From positions 10,416,001-10,480,000 of the forward strand of contig OZ004607.1 of assembly GCA_963924565.1 (NCBI GenBank): a stretch of 64,000 nucleotides of DNA. The letters run 5' to 3'. The DNA is from Ascidiella aspersa (lineage: Eukaryota). Below the pieces are notes generated by a model, which saw nothing but the letters and a program-made list of their open reading frames with translations, had not been told where the DNA came from and ran no database searches. Numbering within the stretch: position 1 is the first letter of the stretch; each line of letters begins with the position of its first letter. The position numbers and the translations under genes are program-made. Positions 37,201 to 52,200 of the stretch are shown in pieces.

Positions 37201-40200
37201 AGATTGCAACTTAAGTACAAGTGGTGCCACGCCAAAATTTACTACATAACTTATGCATACAACAGGGCCAGTCATATGGAAACCAGGTCAAAATATAGCA
37301 ATCCCAGTCGAGCCAACCAACCCGCTATCGTGGATTACTTACGCATTTTGGCTATCGATCGGTAAAACGGTCGAAACCATTAGACGAAATAAAGTTGCTC
37401 GACTAATTTAAAAACGTCCTTGGAAGCACCCTTGCCTGCTTCGCGCCTTTTACTGCTGTACAGCACACTATAGAAAAGAAGTGTGAGACAGATTGGATAT
37501 CCAGAGGCTTAATCTAACCCTCTTTCCCAATTACAGTTACTGTAGTGAATTTCGCCGCAATGTCCAGTAGGTTTAGCACGAACATTAACAGTCCAAAATA
37601 CCTTATTTCTTTACAACTTTTTCTTTTACAACTATTAAGTGGAAACGCCGTTAAATCCTTGTAAAAGCGACTCCAATTATGTTTGCCGTATGTTGCCAAT
37701 TTGCTAGGAAACTATTCCTAAAATGATAATCTCCTTACCCAAGGGTACACCTTTAGAGGCGGAAAACCATTTGAGAATAAATTCATTCAGGGAAGTATTT
37801 TAATCGCCAGTTTGGACAAAACCAAGTATATTTGAAATAAAATAGATCATTTTGTAAAAAGGTTCTTCTTTTTACCTAACTTTACTGGAACAAGTGAGAA
37901 TATATTCTGACATATTGTGAGGTTCCGTTTATGCTCTTTGTGAGTAAGCAGCTTTTAAAGGCATCAAATATAACGCTACATGACTAGATAAGCATGTACA
38001 ATAAATATCCAACTCATAACAATCTCAACAGACCAACACAACACAACAAAAAACACCGTGCTAGTACATAGCTTTTCTCTGCATGTAAATATTTAATGTA
38101 GGCCTACAAGTGCCAATTTTTTTCTATATTTAACAGAATCACACCCTCACAACACATCGCCTAATAAACATATGGTCAACTGCGCGGATTTTAATACGAA
38201 TACAAAAAATTCCAGCAAAAATGAAATGAGAACCGCAAATGTTGGGAAAAAAGGCCGCCAAAGTTCTTACATAAAAATTTAAGCAGCTTTTAAAGACCGA
38301 GCGAATTTCGGCGTTGTTTCACGATATTGTTTTAGGCTAAAGATGGGACTTTTGCGAAGGTAGCACCGGAACAAATGACTGTAAAACAGTAGTTTGGTCT
38401 TCACTGCCTGGAAAATACATCGCAATGTTGCCATACCCCATGTTAAACAAATGCCTATTCGATATATAACATAAACTCCCTAAGAATTTGATACAATTGG
38501 CACTGCAATAGTATCAAATTCTCCATACACTTTACAACTTTGTGCGAGGTATGAATTAATCAAATAGGAATATTAAGATGGTTTATTACATACTAAGAAA
38601 GAAATTGCAACTGTTTTCAACATAGAAAAATATTTCTTCACCAAAAACGATCTACTAAACTTACAACGCTTTGAAAAGCATTATAGGCTATATATATATA
38701 TATAACACATATAATATACCAAAAACATATGGAGTTACAACAAGTATATGCTCATATTAAGTTATCTTATCAAAACTGAAAATTAAAATACGGTTTAACC
38801 TGAATGGCTAGGTTTGAAAAATTTATTGGTCTTGGTTGGCAACATCCAAGCTACAGCCAATCAATACAAAGCACTTCAGTCGTGTGTAGACGCCATCAAA
38901 TACCCCGTTCGATTCAGGGCAACAAGAAAGACAACAACCCTGATGGAATTAATTTATGTTGTGTCCCTGGTTGAGAGGACATTTGTGACGTCATGACAAA
39001 CACTGTATCTGGTTTGCCGCCTTGTATTTTAACAAACCACTGGGCCTCTTCAATATCAAATGGTGTGGGTTGGTATTTTTTTTCAAATTCTATACAAAAA
39101 TATATACCACAAAACCTCAAAGATTCTTTCCGTTTCTCAGGTGATCAGATTACTTTGAAAACAAAAATTGTCGAAATTCTAAACACAATTTGCTCACTCT
39201 TTAAGTTGACTTAAAAAAAAGTTCCAAACTAGAAAGTGATGTTGAACTCATCAATCGCATTACAGCGTGTTTCTTTTGCTTCAGTCTGTTCGATTAAAAA
39301 CTTGCAATTAAAGCCACAATTTACCCTAGACCATTTTCACTATGTATAAAAAACCTACAATGTTTAATCGGATAAGACAAATAGATACAAACCAACTGTA
39401 GGTAGGCGTTGGATGGTATCTATTTATCGGTCCCTATACCTACCCCGTTCGTTTGTATTTATTTATGATGACAACGTGGACAATTAGATCACTTCAGTTG
39501 GCTCATTCAAAGAATTAGAGCAAAATGTGACTTGACCAAACCTAAATTGATTGAATTAAATAATGTAAAATTCTAGTTTGTTTTCTTTTTTTTTTTAAAT
39601 ACGTTTAATTTGGCACCTCTTCTTAGTCCGGTATATAAGCTTTTCAGGCGTCGCAATGAAAATCTACAAACAATGAGATATAGAAAGTGAGCACTTACTG
39701 ATCGGCGCCGTGGCCACGAAACTTGAGTTTCGGCGAGCGAGCGGCCGCGGCCGAAAGCGCACCGACATTTCGCCACTAACTATCGCCGCCTCTTCTTCTT
39801 TGTCTTGCTCTTCTTTTCCTCTTTCCTGTTCCGACGAGCTTTCTTGCCTTTTTAAATCCTCGGTACAAAGTCCTTGGCTGGTGGCGATCAGCGCGCCGCC
39901 CGTCCGATGCCATTCATTCAGTCAAAACATCGGAAACATTTATTTTGACCTATAGTCCACCTGTACACAAGCTAGTTGTGTTGCTGCTGTGGGGCTGTAT
40001 AGGCAGTAGTCAGTGGTGAGCAAAAGCCTTTGAACTAAAAGGCGTAATCAATAATGTATTGGTGCGGCGGCACGCTGGTATTTCTCGCTATCTCGCCCGG
40101 TTTTTCCGGCTTATTGCTGGCGATGGGACGAAAGCCCTATAGCGGTATCTTTTACTCGCGCCGCAATGAAATCCAATCAAGCTCTGCGGCCCGATTTAAA

Positions 40201-43200
40201 CATGGCAACATAGATTTTTTATCACAATTATACAAATATTAAGTGTCAGTTCACAAAAAATCAACAAGTTTTGGTTCACAAAAATCTAAAATTTGAGTGA
40301 ACAAAATTAAGATTTGGTTTACAAAAGCTAAGTTGTGGTAAACAAAATATAGAGTTTTGGCTCAAAAAATGACTTGCATATATAATATGTAATTAATAAA
40401 CATTATAATATACAATTAAATCATGTTCCATTTCTTGTGGCAGTTGTCTCGCGAGTCATCAACGACGGTTATCAAGGTGCTTTAGTTTCTTACCTATCTC
40501 TATAGTCTGCTTAATTTCTTCCCGGTAAAACTTGTAAAATGTGTCCTGCTCTTTTAGGTTATGCAACAATCAGCAGTTCGTGCTTATCGGAAACTAATAA
40601 TTCATTCTCAGAGGTCCTTGTTACAAAATAACGAAACCCCAGGGACTAGATAATAATCTCAAACTGGCAGCCCGATAAGCTAGCATTTTGAACCATTATC
40701 CTGGAGGGTGTGACGTCATCAAAACCGGCAGGGGGTCAACAAATACGGATCCAATACGCCCTTTTAAAAAAACGAGATGCCCGCTATTTTGCAAACCCTA
40801 ACACTGAGTGGTTCTTAACACTTAGTTAATCAATCCAAATCGATACTTAACAATTTAAACAGGCGATATCTTGACGATAATATTAGTCTACAAATGATAA
40901 TATTAAGGCTAAAAAACAAAAACTAGAATTCAGTCATGATTAAACTTTTCATGCTGATTTCAATGCAAGTTATACGGCAGTGTTGTTTATTATTTAAGCT
41001 GTGTCAGGTAATATCTCAATAATTAAAAAAAAGTCTAATTAAAAACAAGTTCTTCTTAAGACTAACCACATTACACTACAATAAAAGCGGAATACTCTAG
41101 GAAAGCTAGCAAATTAGTTGAGACACCATTAAAAGATCTTAAAAGATGTATATGTAGCCTATATTTCGCCAACAAAGGCATCGTCAGTATATGCAAAAAA
41201 ACAAACGCAACAGTATTAGAACAAGTCAGATACATTAAAATAAGTGTGTCTGACCTAAATTGCTAGCTTTGTTAGAGTATTCTGCTGTTACTGATGAGTT
41301 AAGGTCGTCATTTATCTTGCAAGGGTCGAGGTGATTTCTCTTATCACATATTCAGTGCAACACACTAAAATAGTTAAGAACCACTGGTGTAACCCAAGAA
41401 AACGAACAACCCACGGGTATTCTGCTTCGACATCTGTCATGACTCTGTGCTAACTAATGGCTTGTAATGCGCGGAAAGGCCTATAAGGTGGCCGTTGCAG
41501 GTCTCCCGTCTGCTTTATCTCCAGACATCTCGTTCTTTCGTTAATCGGCTGCTGCATGTCCCAACGCGTCATACACTCGTAGATTTCGCCGGCGTGGATG
41601 CACGCGTTCGTCATAACCGTCGTCGGCTGACTGAAAACTGCATTCCTGATTGGTCTACTTTGACCTGCATAGTTCGGGCTGGCTAAAGTGGGTAACCTGT
41701 ATAGTTTGAAATAACTTGAGTGAAACACATTGAAATAACTTGAGTGCCAGTCAAGACATTTGAAAAATAAGTTAAGTACAATTTGATTAAAAGTACAACT
41801 CCCACATCAAGTCATCACTTGTCAGGCCATTTTTAGAAACAAGTCAACTTTAAGTCATATCATTTCCATATTTTCCCTTGGCTAATATCTGCATTCCTAC
41901 GACTCGTAGCTGATACGACAGGGCACTTTTTTCATATTTATAAAAGCTGCACTCTGTATGGCTTGATTTCGTAATTGCTCGTTATGACAGAAATTGATTA
42001 AGAAACCTGAGTATTTTGTAAACACCGCATAACCTTTAAAAAATGGCCTGGCTGGTATGAAAACGATTTCAGTTTCAAGGGTTTTAAATAGTTGTTCTGA
42101 ACTAGATAGAAGACAACCTCTAGTTAAAAGTCTTGCTCTTCCCTTTAACTGAAAGTCGCACTACTTATGTATAATTTTTTTCGCGACTATAAATGTTACA
42201 AACGACTCTATGACCTTTCTTCCTATAAGACTTCTCAATCTATCATATACCTCAGACTAATTTAGCATATTTTTGCTGAAATGTACACAAACTATGACCT
42301 CTTTTTCAAGCCTATTATGGCTGATTAGTCCGGAAACATTATTTTATCACCCCTCGCAAAAAGCAGGTTTTCTAGGCACGGTAAAACGAAGCGTTTTGAT
42401 CTCGATTGCCAACCATCCAAAACCTTTCACGTCCTTGCTTTAACAGTCAACCATTAACCGTTTCGAAAACGACCTGGAAAAGCGTTAGTATCGCATTGCG
42501 TTCGGCGCAGCGGATTGTTCGACGACGGCTATTTCGTTGTGCTACTATAACGCAAAAGCATTTCGCACGGTGAGCGAAAGCAACATATGGCGGGACGGCG
42601 ATTGATTTTCTGACCGTCCCGGTCTTTGTTGATCGTATTTTTGGCAGGATTATGCCAGTTTACGGCGACTGGCTGGCAAAAATACAACGCGACGATCTCA
42701 AAACCTAATTTTAATGCCCTATCGGGGCATATTCATATTGGATCGCTTTACAGCAGTCGTCTCGGCTTATCAAGCTTTGGTGCAAAAATGACTAAAAAGC
42801 TTTTAAACATTCAGAGGCGTTGGTGAAAAATGCCGTATTGATCCGACTTGCGCCACGTTCTAATTTGACCAGCGGCCCCCAAGGTATTTCGTGCTTATTA
42901 TATTGCAATTGAATTCGGCAATGCGCTGCTGCAGTGCATCAAAGAGGGCAGATAACGATTTTAATTTGGTATACTTGAAGCATTGTGATGCAGTAGTATT
43001 GGAGGTGGGTTAAGGCCACGATCTACTTGGTAAAAAAAAATAGGGGTCGTTAAGTAACGTCGGCCGGGAGCTTGCAATCAGAGGCTGGTGATAAGAAGCC
43101 GCGATTATTGCGAGAATTATATTGCTAAACACTATTGGCGTTTTTTAAGGAAACTCTGTTTTCTCTGTACCGTGTTAAATGTTTGTCTCCCATTAGTTAG

Positions 43201-46200
43201 CTGGTTTAATTTAGAGTCGCCTAAAATCCCTTGTTTAACACAAAACAATGTAAAAATAATTAAGGGTAGTTTAACTGCAAATCTATGAACAATGCTGTAA
43301 CAGTGTTTGATTAAGGCAAAAACTGCAAGTCTTTACCTATAGCAGCGCCCTTTTTTAATTTAAATAATGGCTGCCTTCATGAATTTTTAAAACAGAGGAT
43401 TGTTTATAAAAAATCCTACAATATTAACTTTGACATTCTAATTAGTTTGAAATACAAACTATTGTTCAAAATATATCTTAGCTTCATAATTCAAGAAGAA
43501 TAATATTTTTCAAATAAAGTAATATTAAAATCAAATAAAAAATATGGCTTGCACACTAGTTTAATGGGCAGTAATTTGGGCAATCACAGTCCACGAATCG
43601 GCAACATCACAGTAAAAGATAGATCCCGGTCGTTCATATTTAAGCTTGAAAGGCGTGACGTTGTTTTAAACGCCGACGTGAGAAAGCGCCCTTATAAAGC
43701 ACCAAAACCACATTGCCGTGAATCTGCGCCAAGAGAAAATATCACCAACGTACTTTTCGCTAAGCGTTGCGCGATTTTGTGGGATTGTAAACGTTGGCGT
43801 GGCAAAGCTGACCGACGAATTGCGTTCACTATAACGTCACGGCAGCTGTTTTGCCGCATTTTAATCGATTTTTAGCGCTTCTCGGGCAATTCCATTTGCG
43901 CGCCGGGGTAATGTGTACCTCTCTACCTTAACAGGGTATTGTGGACACAAACACTATGTCGTTTAGCGGACCGGACTGTGTTGACATTTGCGTGTGTACG
44001 GTCCATGTTAATCAGTTTATTTTTGGCGCCTTTTTCTACCAGGGAGTGCTTCATCTTTTGGTTTAAAATGTTGGCCATTTCTGCTTTTAAGGGACCAAAC
44101 GTTAGAGGTGTTATTCGTAAAGCGCTTTTAACAGTGTTAATTAGTCAATTATATATCTTTCCCTTAAATTAGCTGATATTTACAATTAACATTTTAGCAC
44201 TTTAAAACAAATAAAGTCGTAAATAGGCTGAAACCCAAAGTACCAAAAGCAGCTATAAACTTTTCTATTTTAACCACTCCCGGCCGTTCACAATACACGT
44301 TTATGATGACGACTCAGCACGAGCATATTACAATTTTCTTTGGCGAACCAGGGTATTTAGATTATAAGGTGCTAAGAATATTTGCCTCGTAGAAAGTAAA
44401 CTCTTAGGCTTGTTTGCGTTATAGCAGCTTTAACTATATACATATACTGTTGCCACCAGGAATATACAGCAAATAAGTCCGTCCAGTACTTATTTATTTT
44501 ATCCGACATTACGGCTACCTATCCAGAATGCTTTCATCCGAGAATATGATTCCCAGATGAAGTCATCCTGGATATGAAGCCGAAACGTCAGATAAATCAT
44601 TAAGTACCGGACGAACTTCTTTTCAGTACATATACTTGCATGTTTAAAATTACAAGTAAAAAACAATCTTAGGCAGACCAGTGTCAAATTCGAGGCATCA
44701 ACCTGAAATTTAGTGCCTTTCACAAGCACCGGAAAAAACACGACAAAAATAGCGTCAAGAATGCACAATAACAGCATCTGTGTTTTCAGGCGGTTTCAGT
44801 CGAAATAATTTCCGCCCGATCCACTGTAAAGCGTTTATTGCCGAAAAGCACTGTCGGAGAAACAGGAACATAAACGCTTAGCGATTTCAACATGGATCGG
44901 AAACGGCTATACGCTGAAGCAATTCAACATATGTTACATGCTGGCAATCTAAACATCGTAAAGCGGTATAGAGATCTGGTGGTGCGACAGACTCATCATT
45001 CACGCCTGCTTTTACGACGGGAATCTGCTTTTGTGCGACTGGATCTACGGTAACTCCAGAGTTGAGAAAACAAACAGGCATGTTTTTCCATCCGATACCC
45101 CATATAACGGGGATTTTTAACTGGGGTCCGCGGTTCCCCTGGGGTAGGTGGGCTTATTTTATGGGGTTCATAAAGACCCAACTAAAAATCTTGTTGCGTA
45201 ATTTTATTTTAAAAATAAAATAGTTTTCCAAAGATTTCAAAGAGAGTTAAATATCTCCTCGAATGTATTTAGACTTCATTTCAGTTTAACATTTTTAAAC
45301 CGTAGGCAGCCGTTTTCTTAAGTATACTGTTTCTTGGCGTCAATGTATGGCGTGTCCACTAAAACAATTCATGCCGACTCTGGTCCAGGCTTACCGGTTT
45401 AAAAAGGTTATTCCTGCTTTTGATAAACTATTATAGCGAGTTTCTTTCCGGCAACAAATATTTTGGCTTTGAACTCGTTTCGCGAAAGTACTCTTTAAAA
45501 AACGAAATATTTTAAGAGATCATTCTCTAAGCACGATTTTTCTTTATAGTTTTGCACGTGCATTTTTTCTGGAATTTGACTTTTGTACAGAACGGCGCGT
45601 TATAAACCCGTGTGTAGGCCGATATGTCTAAACTGGTCATTTTACTGACCATTCTTGCTACTGAAAAAAAAAACAACAAATACTAACGATTACATGTAGC
45701 TAAATTTTTTTTCTAAATTTTCCCGAGTTCCTGCCTGTTGTCTTTGCGACTCTTTATTTCGCTAATTTATAAAGCCAAGATCAAAACAAAATCAGTTTTC
45801 ACGTCGCACCTAGTCGTACAACACAGCACCCTTCCCTATTCTTCCAACCTCGAATGCTTTCGCCTTTCAACGGCCTGTCCTTTTCATTGTCACGGCGATG
45901 GGCAGCGAACGCGTGGATCAGGTTCTCTTGGCGTCGTAGACGGACGATTTATAAGGCGTGAATAACGAAGGCGACTGCCAGACTCAACAAATGGCACGCG
46001 GGCGTCGTCGCTGGTGGTCACGGTAAAGCAAGCGGTGCGTGGTGCGGAGGGTAAAAGTAACGTCCTTTTAACTTTTTCAAAGCCCCCCGCCCGGCGACAC
46101 TTCTGGGCATTTTCCGTATTTATAAAAGCGTTGCAAGAGGTTGAATAGGACCCGGTCAACTATATAGATATAGTTCGACAATTTCCAGCAAATGATAATA

Positions 46201-49200
46201 ATAATCTACGTATTCTGTTGTTCTACAACGGGGGCCTAATATTTATGTAAGCCGTTATCGTGGTCAAAACATATGGACTCTAATGCTCTATATCACAGTT
46301 GTACACATGTGAGCACGAATGTTTCAGTGTATTTTGCATTCTGATTTCATTTTTGCTATAGTCTAATTTTCCGTATGTACCAAAATGATATACTTTTCAG
46401 CGCCATTCTTTGAGTCCATGCATTTTTATTCGTATTATGGGGTTACGTCGAAATTTTAATTTTGTAATTTGCGGCCCGGTCCAATACGATTTATTTCACT
46501 GTAAGAACGGTGTTTAGTTTAAACACGAAAATGTTTTAACTACGTTAAAACTGTAAACCTTTAAACACCTTCGTGTTCAATTTTAAATTTTATGTTTAAA
46601 TTATGAATACCTGAACGATTTTATGGGTACCACCTGATACTTTAACGTGTTTAACAACGATTAAATTATTGGCAGATTTCAAGCAACTTTAACGATTTTA
46701 AACATGTTGACGAAAAAATATCTGATATTTCAGCACCGTAATTTTTAAACTTGTTTATGCGATGTATTCGCGCAAAGTTAAACTGACGTATATTCATGCA
46801 CTTCAATCGCAACGACCGTATCGCTTTCGCATTTCGTATCTTTACAACGGCGCCGGTCAGCTTTCAAAATCACTCGAAACCCATTCTAAACCTTTCTCTG
46901 AAGGCGAGTAATTGATCGACGCATCGCTGCAAACGCTCCAGAGCAGCGTTCCACAACTGCACTGGTCGAATAAAGACGAGTTGCTCGCTCGCCCCCGCTC
47001 TCGAGATTGATTTTGTTTTCGCGTTTCGCTAAAAATGGCAAAGGGCGGTTGCATTGACGTGACTTTTGTTCGATTCAGCTGTCGAACGTTAATCGCTGTT
47101 TAATTTAAAGTCGAAATACCGCCGACTCTTCATATAGGCCTGGTTGGGGTTTAATGGCCGCTGCTGAGAAACTGCTTGAAACTTTTTATCCTATCGTGTA
47201 AGACGAATCTCAGCTGTACACACACATAAGAAAGTAGATTTCTGACCAACAATAACGGTTTACGTATCATAGTACTTTCGCAGACTAACCAATCTGTCGA
47301 TCAATGATGAAAGCACCTGCAGTGAGGTTCGAACTCACAACCCCCGGCTGCCTCAACAACTATTTAATTATAACATTTTATTGACAAAACTGAATATTCC
47401 ACTTTCGTATCAGCCCACAATAAATACTAATGCCAATTTCTGATTAACACCAAACCTTTATTTTAAACCATTGTTTCTTAACTTTTTTTTCGTGGAGGCC
47501 CGAATATTAAGCGTAAGAATAGCAATGAAGCCTTGGCGACCTTAGTCTTATCACTGAACGTTTTATAAGCAAACAAAACAAAAGACAAATAGCATGAATA
47601 TATTTTCGATTTAAATTAATTTAAGCCATGTCTTTTTTATATTTACAGTAATCTTTCACTGGATTGCTCTCGACAAATCTAACTAAGTGAACTATCGCTG
47701 CAGTCGGCGGCCTATTTTGGGTCACGAGCCATTTGTTAAGAAACACTGTTTTAAACAAGCATCCTATTTCGAATTAACTAGTATTAGTTTAGATCTTTAG
47801 ACTACATAAATTGTAGAAAGGTCTAAAAGAATATTTTTGAACAACAATCAGGCCACACTTTTTATTCCAGTATCTAAAGAAACCAAAAGAGCCCACGAGT
47901 TTCGTTTTCTCGGAATAACTTAAAACCTTTACTACGCGACTGGGTAAACTTGACACAAGTGTATTGAGGTATAGTTGTGTGCTGGGCCAGGCGTCAATCA
48001 ACGAGCAAAGAAAAGCAGCGGCCGGATATAAAACCGACTTTACTATCCAGGGCAACGACCTGACAAGTCCGGGTCCCAAGTAAAAAGTCGTGACCCATTT
48101 AACCTAGTTTCGGCGAAAGCACTTTCGTCCTTTTTTCACGTGTTTTTCCTGACTTTGGAAAACAACACTTTTTCTTGCTGGAAATTAGATTTCGACAAAT
48201 ACATCTTGTTCCCATTTTTTTTCTAATTTGGATTGGAATCGAAATTAAAGCTTTCCGGTTTTTTCGAGGTAAATTATAATTCGGATTATCGAACTAGTGA
48301 AACCTAGAAATTAAACTAAAATCTGAAATATATAATTATCAAATACCCATTTACTTAATTTGTAATAAATTACATTTTGTCGTATAGGAAGGCAAATGTC
48401 AAACACTTGTACATTCAGATGCCTATTGACCTACATTGCTGACGAATTGGTCAGACCGTGAAACTAAAAAAAGCTATTAGACAAAGTAGCATTTTGGGGT
48501 AAAAACAGAAATCGGGACATTCTTAGCATACTAACCTACACACAATATTGAATAATGATATTCAATAACATTAAATTTTATCCCTAAGTCATGATCGACT
48601 TTAAGCATTAGGTTTGCAAAAAATGACACACAGCAGAATAAAATAATCCGTGGTTCCCTTATAAATAATATAAAGGGCGATTTGTTCGAGCTCGCATGAC
48701 TTTACTTTGCGTTTCAAAGCTGCTTCAATATGGATAGACTAAAAACGAACAACAACAGTAAGATAGCAAAGCGCCTGCTTTAAACGCGTTATAGATAGGA
48801 CTCCTTTCTCTGATGATCAAAAAAATACGACTCCTTTCTCTAAAATAATAACTGATCAGTTCCCGTTCTGACAGGCTCGGGCTGCTTAAGCTTTCAACGA
48901 AAAAAAGAGATCACCTTGTTTGTCCCATCACCGCCGAAAGGCAGCAGATAAAACGGGGGTGGGGGCTCGATCAATACGAATACAATCAATGGCGATGTGC
49001 CTGACGTCTTTACCGTGTTTTGCGTCCTTCGCTGTCGCGTCAAAGCATCCCTGGAATAGAGCGGCTTCCGTCCAGGACCTTAACGTGCTTGTTTACACGA
49101 AAGGCGTCATATCGCTTCACCGGAAACGTTTGCCTTTTTCGGTGAGTTTTCGGTGAGATGACTGCTTTGTATTACAGAACCCTTGATTTTTCGGTATAAA

Positions 49201-52200
49201 CCATAAAGATTTTTTTTATATTTTTAGATGCTTGAGTAGATATACGTACTGTGCAGCGTTATCCATTTGTGTTTTTTTGTTTTGTTTTTCGTATATTCCT
49301 GTACAAATAATAATGAATTTGAGCGACTCATATATATGTTATATATGCCAAAAGTGTAATAATCTGATCGTTTTAGGCACTCAAGCATTTACCTGTTGGT
49401 AAATGGCAGTTTTCCGTTTTTCTCTATACATGTGTGTGAAACTGATAAAGGTGATATTTTCTGACGATTAAGTATTAAACTGTTTGGCTTTCGGTATCCT
49501 TTTCTATTTTACAGTGTATAAGATTGATGTACGACATATTCAATGGTCTTTAACTGTACACTTCTGCAACTGAAATAACGGAAAAATGTAAGCCTTTATT
49601 TGTAGGCATGTTTTGTAAACGGTCGAATGCCCGGCACTCGCTCGGCTGAGAAGAAAACCGCTGCGGCATCAATCAATTTTCCTTGTACCCAATCAATACC
49701 ATCACGCGGCGATAAGAAAATTGACGTTCTTGGATTAATGTCGATGATTTTATTTGCGTTTATGTGTCTGTCGATTGCCGGTCTTAATCAAAGATTGTTT
49801 TGGCAAATCGGCAACGTATTTCGTGTATTGCTTTTAAAGCGTCTTTATGTTTTGAGACATTTAAGCCTGCATTTTATCCCCTTTTACTTAGCGGTTCCCC
49901 TGTTTTGATTCTGTGAAATTACGGTCGACCCGTCAAAATTTATAACAAAAAAACATTTAAAATCATAATGCAAAAGCTACTCATTTAAATCAGTAGACAA
50001 TTCTATAGATTTTCCTGTCGTAGTCAAAGTCAGTCTTTGATAAATTCTAGTTATTTGACAGAGAAATGTATTTCTTCATTTAATAAGGAATCATCCGGCT
50101 CTATAGAATAACAACAAAACAATGCAAACACGTACACTTGCATTTGATGCCTTTTTGTGGCTAAATATATTTCTCTTTTAAGTAACTAGCTTATATTTGC
50201 ACACGATACACTTTTTCGTTAATAAACGTTTGATGGCCGTGTTTTGAGATTACTGATAAAATATTTCGTGGGCCGGATAAATTAAGCTGGTGGGCCATAG
50301 TTGGGCGAACACTGGTATAAATTACCAACAAAATATTTTCATTTTTTTGCTTTAATCGTGATAAACTTTTTCGTAAATAAACAATTAATGACTCTATTTT
50401 GGGATCACTAAAAAAGATGACACTCAAAATCGTCGAGGGTTCTTCTTTTTAATAATGTAGGCCTACTATAAATGTTGATGTTTATTTGTACTTAATATAG
50501 GTATTCGGTTTTCTAACGCACATTTATCCCCACTCGGATACCGTTTCGAACGCTCAAGAGTGTCGAGAGACATTTCATATTGGTTTGGATTCCAATTCTT
50601 CTTGATACATAAGCTTCTTCAAAACATGTTTTGTGCACTGTTGGGTGTTTTCTTGCATTGTTCACAGTATGTTGTTTAATCTCGTTTATTGTGACATAAC
50701 ATAACACTATAGGACAGAGATTTTTGAACTGGGGGCATCGTCCTTTGGGGTTAGGTTGACTAGTTTTGGGGGTTTAGTTTTATGACTAAAATTTCCATGC
50801 TGACCCTGTTCCACGCGAACGAAAAAAATGTTTAGGAGGTCCGCTTTAAAAAAAGTTGCAAACGACCCCCGCAGTAGAACTATCAATTCAATCAACGTGT
50901 AACACCAAAGCCATCTGTTGAAATGGAATAAACGTTAAAAATGATACATGCTTCTGTATAGGCTTTGATATTCATACTGCGCCTATCTACAACCCCAAAC
51001 CAGTAATCGACTAAAATTCGGTCAACGTTTTAATCACGAATAATTCGTTTTTCAAAATACCCACACAACGCTAACCTTTTTCTACAACCGCCATTTAAGC
51101 TGGGACCTGGATCTGTTCTTTGAAAAAGGTCACCGCCTTTTGCGCGCGCATGTCACGCAACGGGCATGCATTGCAAGGCACTGACACGTGTGCATTAATT
51201 ATGAATGCTCCCCCGCAAGATGAATGAAGTTGAAATTGATCTTTAGTGTATCGCAATACACACGCGTTCCAGAGTGGGTTATGTGTTTAGTAAGTGGCTC
51301 TGAATTGAGTGCGAGCCACGAAATGGCTGTGTACTCCAGGTGGGAACCGTTTCTTTGGACATCTAGGACAGGGGTCCTTAAAATGGGGCACGTGAACCCA
51401 TAAGGGGTACAGATTTAGTGGGTTCACGAAGACCAAATTAATACATTTTTAAAATGGACATTTTTTTAAAGAATAGCATTTAATTAAAAAACTCTTTGGG
51501 GCAGTTCTTAAATAAAGTTTTTACTTTATTTCAGTTTTGAATTTGTGGGACCAAAATTAGCAGACTGTGCACAATATTTTATAACTTATATTTATGACGT
51601 CATCTCTAAATATTTAGTTCATGCGAAACAATTTGTCAGTGGTTCGAGTCCAAATCAGTTTAAGAACCCCTGGTTTAGGGATCCAATTTCTTTCTTTGAA
51701 TTAGACAACAGGATTTCAATGTATAAACTGTTGCTACCACGCATAGTAATATAAGTAAAACAACTGCTCCTCTGGTAATTTCAACAGCATTTCAAGTTGT
51801 CGAAGGCTGGCCGATAAACACCAACAGCGCTCCTAGTGTGAGTTTCGGGCCATTCAATCTGCGATACGGCATTCCTGTAAGGCGAGCGAAAGGCCTGACG
51901 ACCGCTCTGTGACCTGCAGCACTTGGGATCTGCAAAATCGATTTTCGAATTCTGAACGCTGCTATTTAATGAAGTAGGCCAACGACCAGACAAGGACAGT
52001 GGGAAAGAGGGGGACAGTCTTATGGAAGCAGCGGCGTGAATTGGAAAGAAATAAAGCACGAATAAAAAGTATCTTCTTGGTAAATTAATCTACTTAGTTC
52101 GGCAACACTGGTATTTTAAGATAACTCGACAAAGTTGGTAGTTCCTTATTGACGGGTCGTGGAAAGTAACACACATACGGAAAATGAACATATAAAACAC

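Noticed and set aside
41155-41195. Third hammerhead-like core on the minus strand (CTGACGA-t-GCC tttgtt GGC-GAAATAT)
   Set aside because: Catalytic boxes and stem II are present but no stem I pairing could be built
45810-46159. GC-rich block and 89-aa ORF as a Cav1 exon
   Set aside because: No frame links an acceptor or ATG to a phase-1 donor without a stop; more likely regulatory
47313-47347. Functional tRNA gene
   Set aside because: Only the T-arm is present; no full cloverleaf
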